From positions 27,404,001 through 27,468,000 of the forward strand of contig CAIIXF020000001.1 of assembly GCA_903813345.2 (NCBI GenBank): DNA of 64,000 nt, written 5' to 3'. This document shows positions 12,878-26,831 of the stretch, in pieces (within the stretch, counting starts at the first letter, position 1; each line of letters opens with the position of its first letter). The notes beneath the pieces were generated by a model that was given only the letters and a program-made list of their open reading frames with translations, was not told where the DNA came from and searched no databases. The position numbers and the translations under genes are program-made. This stretch comes from Owenia fusiformis. Taxonomy: Eukaryota.

Positions 12878-14555
12878 TATGTTTATGTTTCTTTATTTGG
12901 ACCATAAATTGATCATACAAATACATACTGGTATATATTAAGTAAAATAAAATAATATTACAATTTTACAGTGATAGTAAAGGTTGGTGGTGGTGTACAG
13001 AACATGTAATTATATGCCCCTTGGGTTTGATGATTGCTTTAATGCATCCCTGTGCATTTCATAAATAGCATGTATTGTCCTCAATATTAATAGACAGTCC
13101 CTATCTCCAAACTGACTACTGTCCAGGATAAGTCTTATCTTTTCTAAATCAGTGCCATATAGGTTACTGTTCTCAATAATATTGTTTAATTGATGACTTA
13201 AATGCTCAACTGCCTGGCAGTGAAATAATAAGTGTTGCAGTGTCTGCACTGCCCTATGACAAAGTGGACATGTCTCACTATCTTTATATTTTTCGCAAAT
13301 GAGTGATGAGTTTCCACACAAAAGTCTCACCAGGGTTATACATGGTCTAATTAGGTATGGGTCATTTTTTGCCAATATCCACCACTTAATGGGTTTGATA
13401 ACCTTAACAACATTTCTGAACGTACTGAGAGACCTGTACATCATACAACTAGACCTCCATTTTTCCAACTCATGTCTGTGCAACACATCCTTAACAATAC
13501 TTTTCCACTGTGATTTCGAGACAGATACTCCATAGAAAAGCCATTGCATTACATGATCTATTAAGTTGAACCTTTCAGCTATGTTAAGAATATCCCAGAT
13601 AGGAGAATGACAATTGTTCTTTTTGTGGGTAAGTGTGCTGTTCAACCATTGACACACTCTTATGATGGCAATTTTCTTATAGACTACATCCACTGGTAAC
13701 ATGAGTAACTGCCATAAAAACATGAGCTTTCTTTGTAAGATTATAGTTGTAATATTATTCCACCCTAATGGTGCTAAACATGCACTGTTTGCCGTATTAA
13801 TAGGAAGACCCTGCAGTTGTTTCGCTATTTTAATATGTGTGTTTTCATAGATATTCATTTCTTTTTCAGTCAGAACAATCGCTTCTACTCCATATGTCAC
13901 TGATGGCACTACAATACTCCAATATATGTTTGATGCAGTAAGGGGATTATACCTTACAGTGTCCATGGATACTAGTCCAATCCCTGCATTCATTGTCATG
14001 CGTCCAGTCCTACATTTTTCATTGACATATGGTGTATTATCTCCAGTTGATGACAAGTCGACTCCAACATGTTTACACACATTGGTTATTTCCAATACAG
14101 TCCCTGATAGTGTTAGTTCCTTAGGCTTTTGTGTTTCATGAGTATTCGTGGGTGGGAAGTAAAGAACTTGTGTTTTATTTGGGTGGTACCTATATCTCCA
14201 TTTTTTACTATGGTTAAATATAATATTCAGCAATTTTTGCATGTTATTAGCATCTATAGCTACCAGGGTCATGTCATCAGCATATGCTGGGCATGTAAGC
14301 TTCAAGTCCCCAATTCCAGCTCCTAGTCCAGAAGCAGCTAGATCCTCCAATAGGCCAGATGTGAATCGCATATAGAGGTACATCGACAGGACCCCGCCCT
14401 GATGGACTCCCTGTAATACATTAAATGGTTGTGATAATTTATCTCCTATTCTGATGACACATCTGTAATTATTATACCATATATTGATAATTCTCCACAT
14501 TTTTCCATGTATACCCTGCTTGTAAAGAATATACATGAGACCCTGTATCCAGATA
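12878..14555 (-). mobile_element. 5'-truncated non-LTR retrotransposon (LINE ORF2: RT C-terminal half plus CCHC finger), ORF 13010-14536
   Basis: RT motifs GVHQGGVLS and PAYADD, C-terminal CPLC...HLLFHC, 3' UTR ending AATAAA plus (aaacat) tail. ORF2 homology starts at IWIQGL (~14555). Clade unresolved (RTE-X/Proto2/L2-group candidates). Confidence 0.9.
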
Positions 14556-16606
14556 AGATATTTTCAGTATTTCTTTTGGGATAATGTATGACATGTTGAT
14601 GACATGCTCAGTTGACAGGAAAGGGGGCCCCGGAAGTTTAATTTCTGAAGTGCATTTGACAAAAATTCCAAACTGAAATTTGACGGATTTTAATTTGGCG
14701 GATTTTCTGACTCCGTCAATCCGTCTAATTAAAACGGGAGCCAAAGTAAGTATCTTCAGCTATATCAATATTATTTTGTATCTATCTGACATTATAATTT
14801 CGAAGAGAGATTCTCCCGGGGACATTCGGGATTTCGAACATAATAAACTTAATTTGAAATTGATTCTGAAATTCTGTCAGAATGGAATACATGGACCTGG
14901 TTACATGGTTTATCTTATTCTAAATGGACAAATAAGATCGCGGGGGAAGGAAACTCCCTCGTAGTTGACATTTTGTTCATATAAAAGGCATTTGCATTAA
15001 TCCTTTTGATAACTTTCTTTCGCAGTTGGTCTCTCGACCCGAAACATTCTGGCTACGACAATACAATTGAGTTTTAGAGAAAAACATGTGACTAACCACC
15101 CTAAGAGGAACGTTGGAGCTTTTTAGGACCACATTAAGCCCCTACTTTAACTAACATCCTAACCCATGTTAAAGCCAAGCTTTTCCAGGATATCTTCAAT
15201 CAATCCTCAACCCCTGTTAAAGACCCATTTTACAGGGTGTCTACACCGGGGCCTACCCCCTTGACCCTCGTTAAAATCCTACTGTTGAAGGTAACATACC
15301 CCTTCGACCTCCCTTCAAAACCCTACTTGTACAGGGTACCTACCGCTAAATCCTATGTTAAAGCCCTTATATTTGCCTGGTACATACATACCCCCCTCCC
15401 TATCAAGCCGTACTTTTGCTGTTCCCCACAGCTGAATTCATTTGTGAACTATTATTTTGCTATAATGAATGCTGGTGGATGTGATATCTGTAAAATATAC
15501 AAAATGTACATTATATATGCGGTCTGGGGTGTGAGGGGTTTCATTTAAAAAACAATTTGGGGGTCTCACTTTTGACAATCAGAGACAAAGGTCTCAAAGT
15601 TAAACAAAGCATGGAATGCCCATGAACCAATTATGAATATTATCAAATGAAAACAAAATATTAATACCTTATAATCCAAATACTTCCTTGTTTTTATAAC
15701 TGCTGAGCCACCTTGATTACAGAAGATATACCGTGGAGTAGTCTAGAAATAGTTTTTCAAGCTTAGGACCTATAGCCATTTATCATGTGGGTCGACACTG
15801 TTTATTTATTTGCATAGATATGTTACTGGCCTTGGGGAGGCACACGATGCCTTCTAGCAATTTCAGATTTGTATTGTTTGAACTTCTATTTTGTTTCATG
15901 CACACTTCTGATCACCATATCAAACCATTTGAATCATACATAATTTGCACGAGTCTTAGGTTTGAATGAATTAAAATGACGTAAGCTAAGTGTAAAATTT
16001 TTGAAAAAAGCCTATCAAAAGACGAATTGTTTTTTGAACACTTTACGAGGAAATCAATATTGATGTACCGTATTGAAGTCATAAACAACAGCTTCGAGAT
16101 GTCAGCCCGAAGACTATCTCCCGGTTGTCATGTTTATCTAGGAAACTGCTGGTTGTAATCATAATAGGACACACGGCAAAAAATGTGTATCAAAATCCGT
16201 TGAAACCTGCTTACAGGTAATACATTTGTATTATCAAAAATACAATCTCGTTCTGACCATCGTGAATCCTGAACATTCCAAAAAGGGCATATTTTTTTTA
16301 ATTTAAAAAAGTAAAATAATATGTCAAATTACAAAATTTTAGAAATGCTGTGGATAATAGGTCATTACAACCTAACAAAAGCATACCTGTCAATTAAAAA
16401 TGATTAAAATGGGGATATGTTTATTTTAAAGTCAGGAGAAATCTGGATAATTTGAAAGAAAATCAGTGTGAAAATTTGGATTTATTTTGGATAATTGGGA
16501 GAAAACCTCGACTTCTACAAATACATCGGGAGAAAATCGGGATAACTAAAAATGAATTGGGAGAAAAATTGAAGTTAGAAATACTAAATCAATAAATCTG
16601 TTAAAT

Positions 16607-19600
16607 ATGAGTTACATTACAGTTTGCAAGTGCCGCCTTGTGGTTTGAGAATGCTGCCTTGTAGTTTGAGAATGCTGCCTTGAGGTTTCAATTCATGCTT
16701 AGAACACTATATATGAGTTACATTATAGTTTGCAAGTGCCGCCTTGTGGTTTGAGAATGCTGCCTTGTAGTTTGAGAATGCTGCCTTGTAGTTTGAGAAT
16801 GCTGCCTTGTAGTTTGAGAATGCTGCCTTGTGGTTATACTACTCTTCCTTGAGGTTTCAATTTCTGCTTAGATCACTATATATGAGTTACATTATAGTTT
16901 GCAAGTGCTGCCTTGTGGTTTGAGAATGCTGCCTTGTAGTTTGAGAATGCTGTCTTGTGGTTATACTACTCTGCCTTGAGGTTTCAATTTATGCTCAGAA
17001 CATTATACATGAGTTGCATTATAGTTTGCAAATGCCGCCTTGTAGTTTGAGAATGCTGCCTTGTAGTTCGAGAATGCTGCCTTGTGGTTATACTACTCTG
17101 TCTTGAGGTTTCAATTTATGGTTAGAACACTATATATGAGTTACATTATAGTTTGCAAGTGCCGCCTTGTGGTTATACTACTCTGCCTTGTGGTTTTAAT
17201 TATGCTTAGAACACTATATATGAATTATATTATAGTTTGCAAGTGCCGCCTTGTGGTTTGAGAATGCTGCTTTGTAGTTTGAGAATGCTGCCTTGTGGCT
17301 ATACTACTCTGCCTTGTGGTTTTAATTATGCTTTGAACACTATATATGAGTTATATTATAGTTTGCAAGTGCCGCCTTGTAGTTTGAGAATGCTGCCTTG
17401 TAATTTGAGAATGCTGCCTTGTGGTTATACAACTCTGCCTTGAGGTTTCAATTTATGCTTGGAACACTATATATGAGTTACATTATAGTTTGCAAGTGCC
17501 ACCTTGTGGTTTGAGAATGCTGCCTTGTAGTTTGAGAATGCTGCCTTGTGGTTATACAACTCTGCCTTGAGGTTTCAATTCATGCTTAGAACACTATATA
17601 TGAGTTACATTATAGTTTGCAAGTGCCGCCTTGTGGTTTGAAAATGCTGCCATGTAGTTTGAGAATGCTGCCTTGTAGTTTGAGAATGCTGCCTTGTGGT
17701 TATACAACTCTGCCTTGAGGTTTCAATTTATGCTTAGAACACTATATATGAGTTACATTATAGTTTGCAAGTGCCGCCTTGTGGTTTGAGAATGCTGCCT
17801 TGTAGTTTGAGAATGCTGCCTTGTGGTTATACAACTCTGCCTTGAGGTTGCAATTTATGCTAAGAACACTATATATGAGTTACATTATAGTTTGCAAGTG
17901 CCACCTTGTGGTTTTACTACTCTGCCTTGAGGTTTTAACTTATGCTTAGAACACTATGTATGAGTTACATTATAGTTTACAAGTGCTGCCTTGTGGTTTG
18001 AGAATGCTGCCTTGTAGTTTGAGAATGCTGCCTTGTAGTTTGAGAATGCTGCCTTGAGGTTTCAATTCATGCTTAGAACACTATATATGAGTTACATTAT
18101 AGTTTGCAATTGCCGCCTTATGGTTTGAAAATGCTGCCATGTAGTTTGAGAATGCTGCCTTGTAGTTTGAGAATGCTGCCTTGTAGTTTGAGAATGCTGT
18201 CTTCTGGTTATACAACTCTGCCTTGAGGTTTCAATTTATGCTTAGAACACCATATATGAGTTGCATTATAGTTTGCAAGTGCCGCCTTGTGGTTTGAGAA
18301 TACTGCCTTGTAGTTTGAGAATGCTGCCTTGTAGTTTGGGAATGCTGCCTTGTGGTTATACTACTCTGCCTTGTGGTTTTAATTATGCTTGGAACACTAT
18401 ATATGAGTTATATTATAGTTTGCAAGTGCCGCCTTGTGGTTTGAGAATGCTGCCTTGTAGTTTGAGAATGCTGCCTTGTGGTTATACAACTCTGCCTTGA
18501 GGTTTCAATTTATGCTTAGAACACTATATATGAGTTACATTATAGTTTGCAAGTGCCGCCTTGTGGTTTGAGAATGCTGCCTTGTAGTTTGAGAATGCTG
18601 CCTTGTGGTTATACTAATCTGCCTTGAGGTTTCAATTTATGCTCAGAACATTATACATGAGTTGCATTATAGTTTGCAAATGCCGCCTTGTAGTTTGAGA
18701 ATGCTGCCTTGTAGTTCGAGAATGCTGCCTTGTGGTTATACTTCTCTGTCTTGAGGTTTCAATTTATGGTTAGAACACTATATATGAGTTACATTATAGT
18801 TTGCAAGTGCCGCCTTGTGGTTATATTACTCTGCCTTGTGGTTTTAATTATGATTAGAACACTATATATGAGTTATATTATAGTTTGCAAGTGCCGCCTT
18901 GTGGTTTGAGAATGCTGCTTTGTAGTTTGAGAATGCTGCCTTGTGGTTATACTACTCTGCCTTGTGGTTTTAATTATGCTTTGAACACTAGTATATGAGT
19001 TATATTATAGTTTGCAAGTGCCGCCTTGTAGTTTGAGAATGCTGCCTTGTAGTTTGGGAATGCTGCCTTGTGGTTTCAATTATGCTTAGAACACTATATA
19101 TGAGTTACATTATAGTGCCGCCTTGTGGTTTGAGAATATCCCCTTGTAGTTTGAAAATGTTGCCTTGTACTGTAATACTCTGCCTTGAGGTTTCAATTTA
19201 TGCGTAGAACATTATATTTGAGTTGCATTATAGTTTGCAAGTGCCGCCTTGTGGTTTGAGAATACTGCCTTGTAGTTTGAGAATGCTGCCTTGTAGTTTA
19301 AGAATGCTGCCTTGTGGTTATACTACTCTGCCTTGAGGTTTTAATTATGCTTGTAACACTATATATGAGTTATATTATAGTTTGCAAGTGCCGCCTTGTG
19401 GTTTGAGAATGCTGCCTTGTAGTTTGAGAATGCTGCCTTGTGGTTATACAACTCTGCCTTGAGGTTTCAATTTAGGCTTAGAATACTATGTATGAGTTAC
19501 ATTATAGTTAGCAAGTGCCGCCTTGTGGTTTGAGAATGCTGCCTTGTAGTTTGAGAATGCTGCCTTGTGGTTATACTACTCTGCCTTGAGGTTTCAATTA

Positions 19601-19657
19601 ATGCTCAGAACATTATACATGAGTTGCATTATAGTTTGAAAATGCCGCATTGTAGTT
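16607..19657. repeat. ~3-kb satellite built from 21-bp subunits (gtagtttgagaatgctgcctt and variants) in a higher-order unit of about 126 bp
   Basis: Unit = gaggtttcaatttatgcttagaacactatatatgagttacattatagtttgcaagtgccgcctt + 0-4 x 21-mer + gtggttatacaactctgcctt. Diagnostic variant gctcagaacattatacatgagttgc recurs near 16993, 18641 and 19603. Confidence 0.95.
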
Positions 19658-20019
19658 GTCTATCTGAAATGTACCTTATCATTTCTCACAGTGCGCCAGA
19701 AGTACGACTTTTATAGGTCCCTTACACATGCCTACAGCGGACCTGGTAATCTGACATTATCTTCGTAAATGCTTGCTCGAAAATCGAAATTTCCTTGAAA
19801 AGTCCAGGGTTTGATGATGGGGTGGCACTTCATTAACTCGCTAAATATAGTTTTATACCAGTGGGACGAAATACAAGTATCAATCCTTTAAAGTTTGTCC
19901 GAGAGAGAAATCTAAAACAATAGCAATGGTAATACTAGTTAGTTTTGTAATCTAGAAATTAAATCACAAAAGCTCAGTAACATTTGAAGTACGAAATCAA
20001 TGTCGTGCATTATAAAAAC

Positions 20020-21886
20020 AACAAGTCTGTCAACCACGGTTAAAAGTGTATTAAGGGCAAATTACAATACAATGCGCTTCTCGGTATTGGAAGTGGTTGT
20101 GGAGGCCTAGTCCCAACATCCGCATGTCAAATATACAAAACGTACTCCATTCCTACAATGACATACGGTGCTCAAATTATTAACTACCAACAGAAAGACA
20201 TAGATGTTTTAGAGAAAACACAGAGAGAAATAGGGCGTAGAATCCAGTCTCTACCTCACTCAGCTAGTATCCCCGTTTCGACTTTACCCATCGGCCTCAT
20301 GGATGTTGAATATTATATTGCCTTCCTAAGGATGATGTTTCTTTGGAGTTTATTGCAACTCCCTAGCGCAAACATATATAAATGTCTGTTCATCACAAGA
20401 TTTGTAAAAATGTTGCATATTAATAGGGGAAGTTGTACTTTTTCGCCAATCGAGCGCATGCTACAAACATCACGAAAATACAACTTGAATAACCATATTT
20501 TGAATATGCTATACTGTAACACTATTATTCCCAAAAGTAGGTGGAAGAACATTGTGTTCACTCAAATAACAAAGGTTCAAATGCAAGCGACATTCTTTAA
20601 ATCGATCATGTACAAGGGACTAGGCTATTTTAGAATGGGTAATTTCGAGGTACTGAGGCCAGTTATATGGTGGAATGTTGCAAGACGTTTTCCTGTTGCT
20701 TTTAATGGGTGCAAAATAATGGTGAAACTACTTATGGATGAACATTCGCTTAACTCCAAATATAGGGGTAGCGAGAATAAATCACTGTCATGTTTATTGT
20801 GCGACACCTACGAAAAAGAAGATGTGGAGCATTTTTTACTTAAATGCCCTTCAAATGAATATGTCATATTCAGAGAACAACTTATTACTCATTGTTATGA
20901 ATGGGATATCCAAATGAATGTTAAAAACCTCCTTGGCATTGGTACGGAAGAATGGCATTTTACAAACGAACAAACACTTGAGTGTCTAAAAGATATTGCA
21001 TGTATAGTCATGCAACAATATACGTGCCGTCAGCGATATCTAACAAACGTATACACTTAATTCAGTGGAGGAGGGTGGCCCTCAAGGGAGGTACATGGGC
21101 CGACTAGGGGACTATCCTCTCTCTCTGAAACATAATTAATATCTAACTATTATGGATGAACAGTACCAAGCTTGGGGAAAGTACAATAATAAGCAATGCT
21201 TTCTTGCTCTTTTTGTTGATTGGTAGTTGCAACGTCAACGCGGCAGCCTGACGTTTTTGCAACAAACGATTGTGTCTCTTAAGCAGCCTGTACATTTTTG
21301 GTTTTACTCGCATATTTGTATTTATATTTATGTACATTTACTATACATACTAATTTAGAATTGCACCATATAGCAACACCACCAACCTTTAATTAACATA
21401 AATTGTATATTTATTTTACTAGCGGCAACATATTGAAAGGATCTCATACTTTCATACAGTACTACAGTACCGACCTTGGGGAATGTACGATGATATGCTA
21501 TGTCTTCTTTTTAATTTTATAGAAAATGCAGCTCCATAATGTCATTTTTTGATTAATCTCAAGAGTGTTAGGTACAGGTCTATTTAGGCCTACTGCGTTC
21601 GTCTACGCGGTAGCTAGGCGTCGTTGTCGGTTCAAAAAAAAAACCAAAACAAATAACAAAGCAATGAGCGTTTGAAAATATAGTTACTTTATAATTGCGT
21701 TACAATTAGGTGCTAGGCCAATCTTGGTCGGCGGCGTGCGTCTACGCGGTAGCCAGGCGTCGTCGTCAGTTAAAAAGCAACGACATTGTTTGTTTGTAAA
21801 TAGTGATTATTTTCAATTTAACATAAATTGTATACATGTACCTCCTTTATATAAAGGGCAATAAATATATACATACATACATACAT
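20020..21886 (+). mobile_element. 5'-truncated LINE (ORF2 C-terminal region with CCHC finger), ORF 20158-21060
   Basis: Collinear similarity to the 13010-14536 protein (IPTMTYG ~ VPSVTYG; WWNVA ~ WWILA; CLLC..HFLLKC). Shared 3' UTR motif caccaccaaccttt. Ends AATAAA plus (acat)n at ~21860-21886. Confidence 0.85.
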
Positions 21887-23879
21887 TAGGTATCCGGGAT
21901 TAGGTATATGTTCTCTAAAGTGATAAGAAAATATGTATGCGCAAGGGCTCATACGAATCAGAGGAATTATTAAAGTATTTCAATTAAACACTCATGAATA
22001 TGTTGGTCTGTCATGGCGGATTTTAACTAAGATATAAATGTACATTGGTTATTTATTAAGTTTCTACATAGTGTATGTTATCGCAAATTGTACTGTTGTG
22101 TGAGGAGCGTGCAAAGAGATTTCAATAATTAGTCACAACGCGTGCAAAGACTTTTGTTACAGTCTTTACACGTCTATACACTGTGTGTACCAAGAGGTGT
22201 AAAGGCGTGTCAAGAGTTGAATTCGTCGCGTGCCAAGAGGTGTCTAAACTAGGAACGCCTATACACGCCGCGTGTCAAGAGCCGTATCTAGACGTGTCAA
22301 GTTTTGGAATTCCATTTTTCACGCAGTGGAACCGCTATCAATATGGCTCTATTAAATAGTAATTTTCTCAAAAAGTCTACTATGAAATTTTCTAATATTG
22401 TAGATCTCTATAGTTAATATATTGACTTAAAATAAATCAAACAGGCACATTTCTAAAAAATTCTTATTTTTAATATATTTAGCCGTTAAGTTGCATAAAA
22501 AACCTATATTGAGCTCCATGTTAATTTTTCGATCTATGAAATACACCCTGCAGAACAGTTCTAGAGAAATAAAGCCCATATTCCTAGTATCTTATAATCA
22601 CACGATTATCTCCGAAATAAGAAGGGTTGTTATAATCATTACAAAGGACAAAAGTGTAGTAGTGTATGGTTGTATTGTCATATCAATACTATATATGCTA
22701 CTTTGAAAAACATGAAGAACCAATGGCCTTATAACCGTATTATGAAGACACGGAACTAAATTTTGACGTATAAATATGTAAGTATGTACACCGAAAAATT
22801 AGAAATTTACTGGCTTTCTTAATGCAATGTTCCATATACTAAAAGTGTCACTTGACTTTGGAAAACTCAAGATTCCAGGTTTCCTTAGACTTAATACCTC
22901 TTAGACTATTACCATATTCTTGTCTATCTACCCAAAATTTTGTATGAAAGTACAGTGTGGTAATTGCAAAAACAAAAGATACCTAGATTATGACCTTGAC
23001 GTTAGATCTTTAAAATATTGACTTGACTATCATTTTTGGTCTTCTTTAATCGAATCATTTTTACTGATTTTACTAATTTGTACTAAACACTAAACAATTT
23101 CGAAAATTTGACTAGTTTGACCTTGAAAATGTCATAAAAGACTAACCGGAAATCTGATTTCTATTCACATTTCAGATTCTGAATCCTGAGAAAATTGACC
23201 TACATGTAGATTCTGACCTTGGCATATAAGTGCCTAAATTTTGAATTTATATACCTTTATTAGTACTCTAATTATTGTAGTTTATCTGGTATCTGTATCT
23301 GGTATTTCTTAATTCATAAATTTTCATCTTTGCCATTGACTTAACATAGGTTGGAATGTTAATTTGGTGGCAGACGGTGGGATGATCAGTCATCATATCA
23401 TTTTTTCAAGGTTTCAAAAGGACATAGATCCTGAACCGGAAGTCAGATTTCAATTCTGATTTCAGATTTGGAATCTTGAGAAACTAAATTCATCAAAAAA
23501 TTTAACATTTAACAAAAAATATAAAACGCTTGACAAAAAAATTATAATTTGAAAATAATAATTCATTTTCCCAATTAACCCCTTGGTAATGAAAGGGTTG
23601 ATCATTGATCTTAATGTTAATATCCGTAAGCAGGTAGTGATGGTGTACTAGAATCTGAAGATAAATTTCGTCATTTATTTTTCCTTATGACAGCGGACGT
23701 TGACAGCGGACAGCATGCTACTCGAATTTATTCATTGACATAGACTGTTGTGAAAATACGTTTATTCGCGCATCCAAGCTTTTATCCATGTTTTCATAAT
23801 AAAATAATTTGATACTAGTTGTAGTGTTGTTTGTAAAATATATTCGACATTACAATCAGTTCCAAATAGCAGTACTTAA

Positions 23880-24357
23880 AGGCCCACTTTGCGTATTTTC
23901 AATGTTTTTGGACTTTTATTTGAATTCTATAGAATGCCCAATGTATTGATAAGCACCTTTCATTTGACACCAACAACAGCTCAAACGGACCACATACAAG
24001 CTTACAATAAGTAACCAAAAAATATTTTCGATCTGTCAAGCTTTATATATCAAGTTTTTATCAATGTCATTGAAAGATGGCGAAGTTGTTTGTATTACAT
24101 GATACATTCATTTTTATAGAAGTGTCGCCATCTTTAAAATCAAAAGTAATTAAAAACATGCACTGTGTTTGGCATGTGCATGCATGTCTATAGCTAATGA
24201 TCTCTGAACTTCAAATGCTTTTTAATATGTGAGTTATTTTGTCTTGGTTTAATATTAAAGCAAATCAGACTTTGTTTCATGTTTGAGCGAGTGTGTGAGT
24301 AATATGTTTCAATGATAATATTTTTCTTTTTTCTTCTAAATTAAGTATAGTGGGCAT
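23880..24357. mobile_element. Kolobok-like MITE (TTAA-flanked)
   Basis: ttaa|aggcccact ... agtgggcat|ttaa, with an internal inverted pair aaagatggcga / tcgccatcttt. Confidence 0.45.
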
Positions 24358-24863
24358 TTAAAGGGGCCTTCAAGAAACGATAGACACTTTTATAATTAAT
24401 TCGTTCATCTGGGGTAGAGAAAAGAACAATCTAGGTTCGAAATGCATCCATTGATCAAGATCTGAATTAACTTTCCAATTATAAAATTTCCTTCGAATCT
24501 ACAATAATGTTTAGGAGTAGATGTGTTTCTCTGCTCATACATGTTTGGAAACCGACAGGTCTCATTCAAGTTTGAGCATTGAATAAGTTCGAAGAAAAAA
24601 CACACCACAGTAATCAAATCAAAAAGAAATTATTTGTGTTTATTTGCGTTCATGTTTCAATTAACATGCAAGTTTTGGGTCAACGATGAACAGATCATTA
24701 ATTGAGTATCTAATATACCGTGCATCACATCATTCGATTTTCATAACACGGGAGCTGATCCAGGAAAAATCGAATGTAACGGCCACACAACCGTATACAG
24801 AAGCGCTGTGCAAAATTACGTGGTGCTGCGAGGAGATCATAGGTTTTTAACAAGTCAAGAACT

Positions 24864-25325
24864 ATGGATAAATTTTTGGTTACACTCACCATGTTATGCT
24901 ATGTTCGCGGGAACATATTAGATGGGATTTTCGAAAACAAAGATGTATGCGCTGATGCTGCAACGCTGACATCTGCATTCCAGTTTCTTCCTCATGACGT
25001 AAGCAGACTTAATTGCGCACGGACGTGCTACGAAACACCTGGCTGCATTGCGTTGTCGTATTCAAAAAGCTCAAAATCGTGTACGCTATATGAGCTGACG
25101 ATAATAGAACCACCTTGTCCTTTCGTTGAACGACTTCTTGTAAAGGTGAGGCAGGACTTCGTAATATCTTATCATAACCGTTATATATAATATATACATT
25201 CGAATGCCTTCCTATCATGTTTACACTTATATTTCTATTACAGAGATTTAAATTTTTCAACGGAGGACGTGGCGTTAGAGATGAATGCATCTGTAACGGT
25301 GACTTTACTGGTGTAACATGCTTGG
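24864..25325 (+). CDS. 5' cassette copy 1: exon 1 (24864-25145, signal peptide plus PAN/Apple domain) and exon 2 (25244-25325, EGF-like)
   Basis: MDKFLVTLTMLCYVRG signal-like N-terminus; PAN pattern CARTCYETPGCIALSYSKSSKSCTLY; donor AAG|gtgagg; acceptor ttacag|; exon 2 RFKFFNGGRGVRDECICNGDFTGVTCL with donor G|gtaag. Confidence 0.75.
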
Positions 25326-26370
25326 GTAAGTATACCTTTGAAACCAACCCTATAACAAAATCTTTACAAGAGTTAACAATCCATAGCATTTTTAGGAAAT
25401 TCATAATTTATTTCACAAACCATATTCAAAAATATGTACATTGCACGTAGTGATCAAAAATTGAAATTGACGATGGAAATAAGTCTATGTGTATATTCGT
25501 GGTATATTCACACTTTGATAAATGATTATTGTTCATGGAAGCTGCTATTTTTAAAGTTTGGTTAATGTACAAAGCGTTTTTTACCTTTTGAGTCCAATGG
25601 GAGAATAGGCCATGGGTCTTTAACAGGTCTATTTAAAGAGGATCTTTTGACAGGATTTCATTGGATTTCCCTGCACTTGGCCTTTCTTGGAAAGGTCTTT
25701 TCAAAAATCCCGCCTAAAGGACAGCAGCAATGGGCAGGTCGATTCTTTTGTCGGTCCTTATAGTCTAGATTTGGACAAAGTGTATTTGATCCTTTGATAT
25801 GGCTTTGAATAACAAACGCGTATTGGAATATTTGGAAGCTGTTATTTTCTGCTGGGGCTGAAAACGAATGTCAAGAGTTATGATCATTCAAAGAAAGTTT
25901 CTTGAAAATGTTAAGTGTTTATAGGTACCGACAGGTAAAGTGTCTACCCATCAATGTATTTTAATTTGAGAAAAGCGCAGTATTTCACAGTAGTACTGTG
26001 ACACTTGTTTCAATGTGAAAACGTCAACTCTTACATATATGAAATATATAATTATAAATAACACAAATGAATTATCTTAAAAGCAAGGACAATTGTGTTA
26101 CGTAGGGTATGGTGGAGTTAAATCGATGTCCCCAGCCTTACAATTGTATTGATGTATTTGAAGAACACTTCTAACCATAGATTGCAGAGGTCGGCTTGTA
26201 CCATAGCGCTAAAGTTGTCGAGGTGTGAGGACGCATTGCCAAAGATTGCTCTAATATCATTGATGAATGTTTGTCTGTGTTCCGTGCAGGCTTGACACTT
26301 CGGCAAGGCATGATTTAATTGTTAACTGCGAGGAAATAATAGGTTTTTAACAAATTTCAAGTCAAGAACT

Positions 26371-26831
26371 ATGGATAAATGTTTGGTTACACTCACCATG
26401 TTATGCTATGTTCACGGGAACATATTAGATGGGATTTTCGAAAACAAAGATGTCTGCGCTGATGCTGCAACGCTGACATCTGCATTCCAGTTTCTTCTTC
26501 ATGACGTAAGCAGACTTAATTGCGCACGGACGTGCTACGAAACACGTGGCTGCACTGCGTTGTCGTATTCAAAAAGCTCAAAATCATGTACGCTATATGA
26601 GCTGACGATAATAGAACCACCTTGTCTTTTCGTTGAAGGACTTCTTGTAAAGGTGAGGCATGACTTCGTAATATCTTATCACAACCGTTACATATAATAT
26701 ATCGTTCGAATACCTTCCTATCATGTTTATACTTATTTCTCTATTTCAGGGATTTAAATGTTTCAACGGAGGACGTGGCGTTAGAAATGAATGCTTCTGT
26801 AACGGTGACTTTACTGGGATCACATGCTTGG
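26371..26831 (+). CDS. 5' cassette copy 2: exon 1 (26371-26652, signal peptide plus PAN/Apple) and exon 2 (26750-26831, EGF-like)
   Basis: Near-identical to copy 1 at an offset of 1507 bp, with the same splice sites. Exon 2 GFKCFNGGRGVRNECFCNGDFTGITCL keeps a Cys that is Phe in copy 1. Confidence 0.8.

Larger units (their letters stand above)
11015..22328. mobile_element. Putative CACTA/EnSpm-superfamily (CACTG) composite element, 11.3 kb, 3-bp TSD GAA
   Basis: Left CACTGCATCAAATGTGGAATTTC versus right end reverse complement CACTGCGTGAAAAATGGAATTCC. GAA flanks both ends. Clusters of short subterminal repeats at both ends (ctagacgt.. left; cgtgtcaagag.. right). No transposase seen inside. Confidence 0.5.

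Noticed and set aside
16607-19657. CRISPR-like repeat/spacer appearance and repetitive ORFs (17237, 18261)
   Set aside because: The apparent spacers are themselves repeated, no cas genes are present, the context is eukaryotic, and the ORFs are short translations of a satellite.
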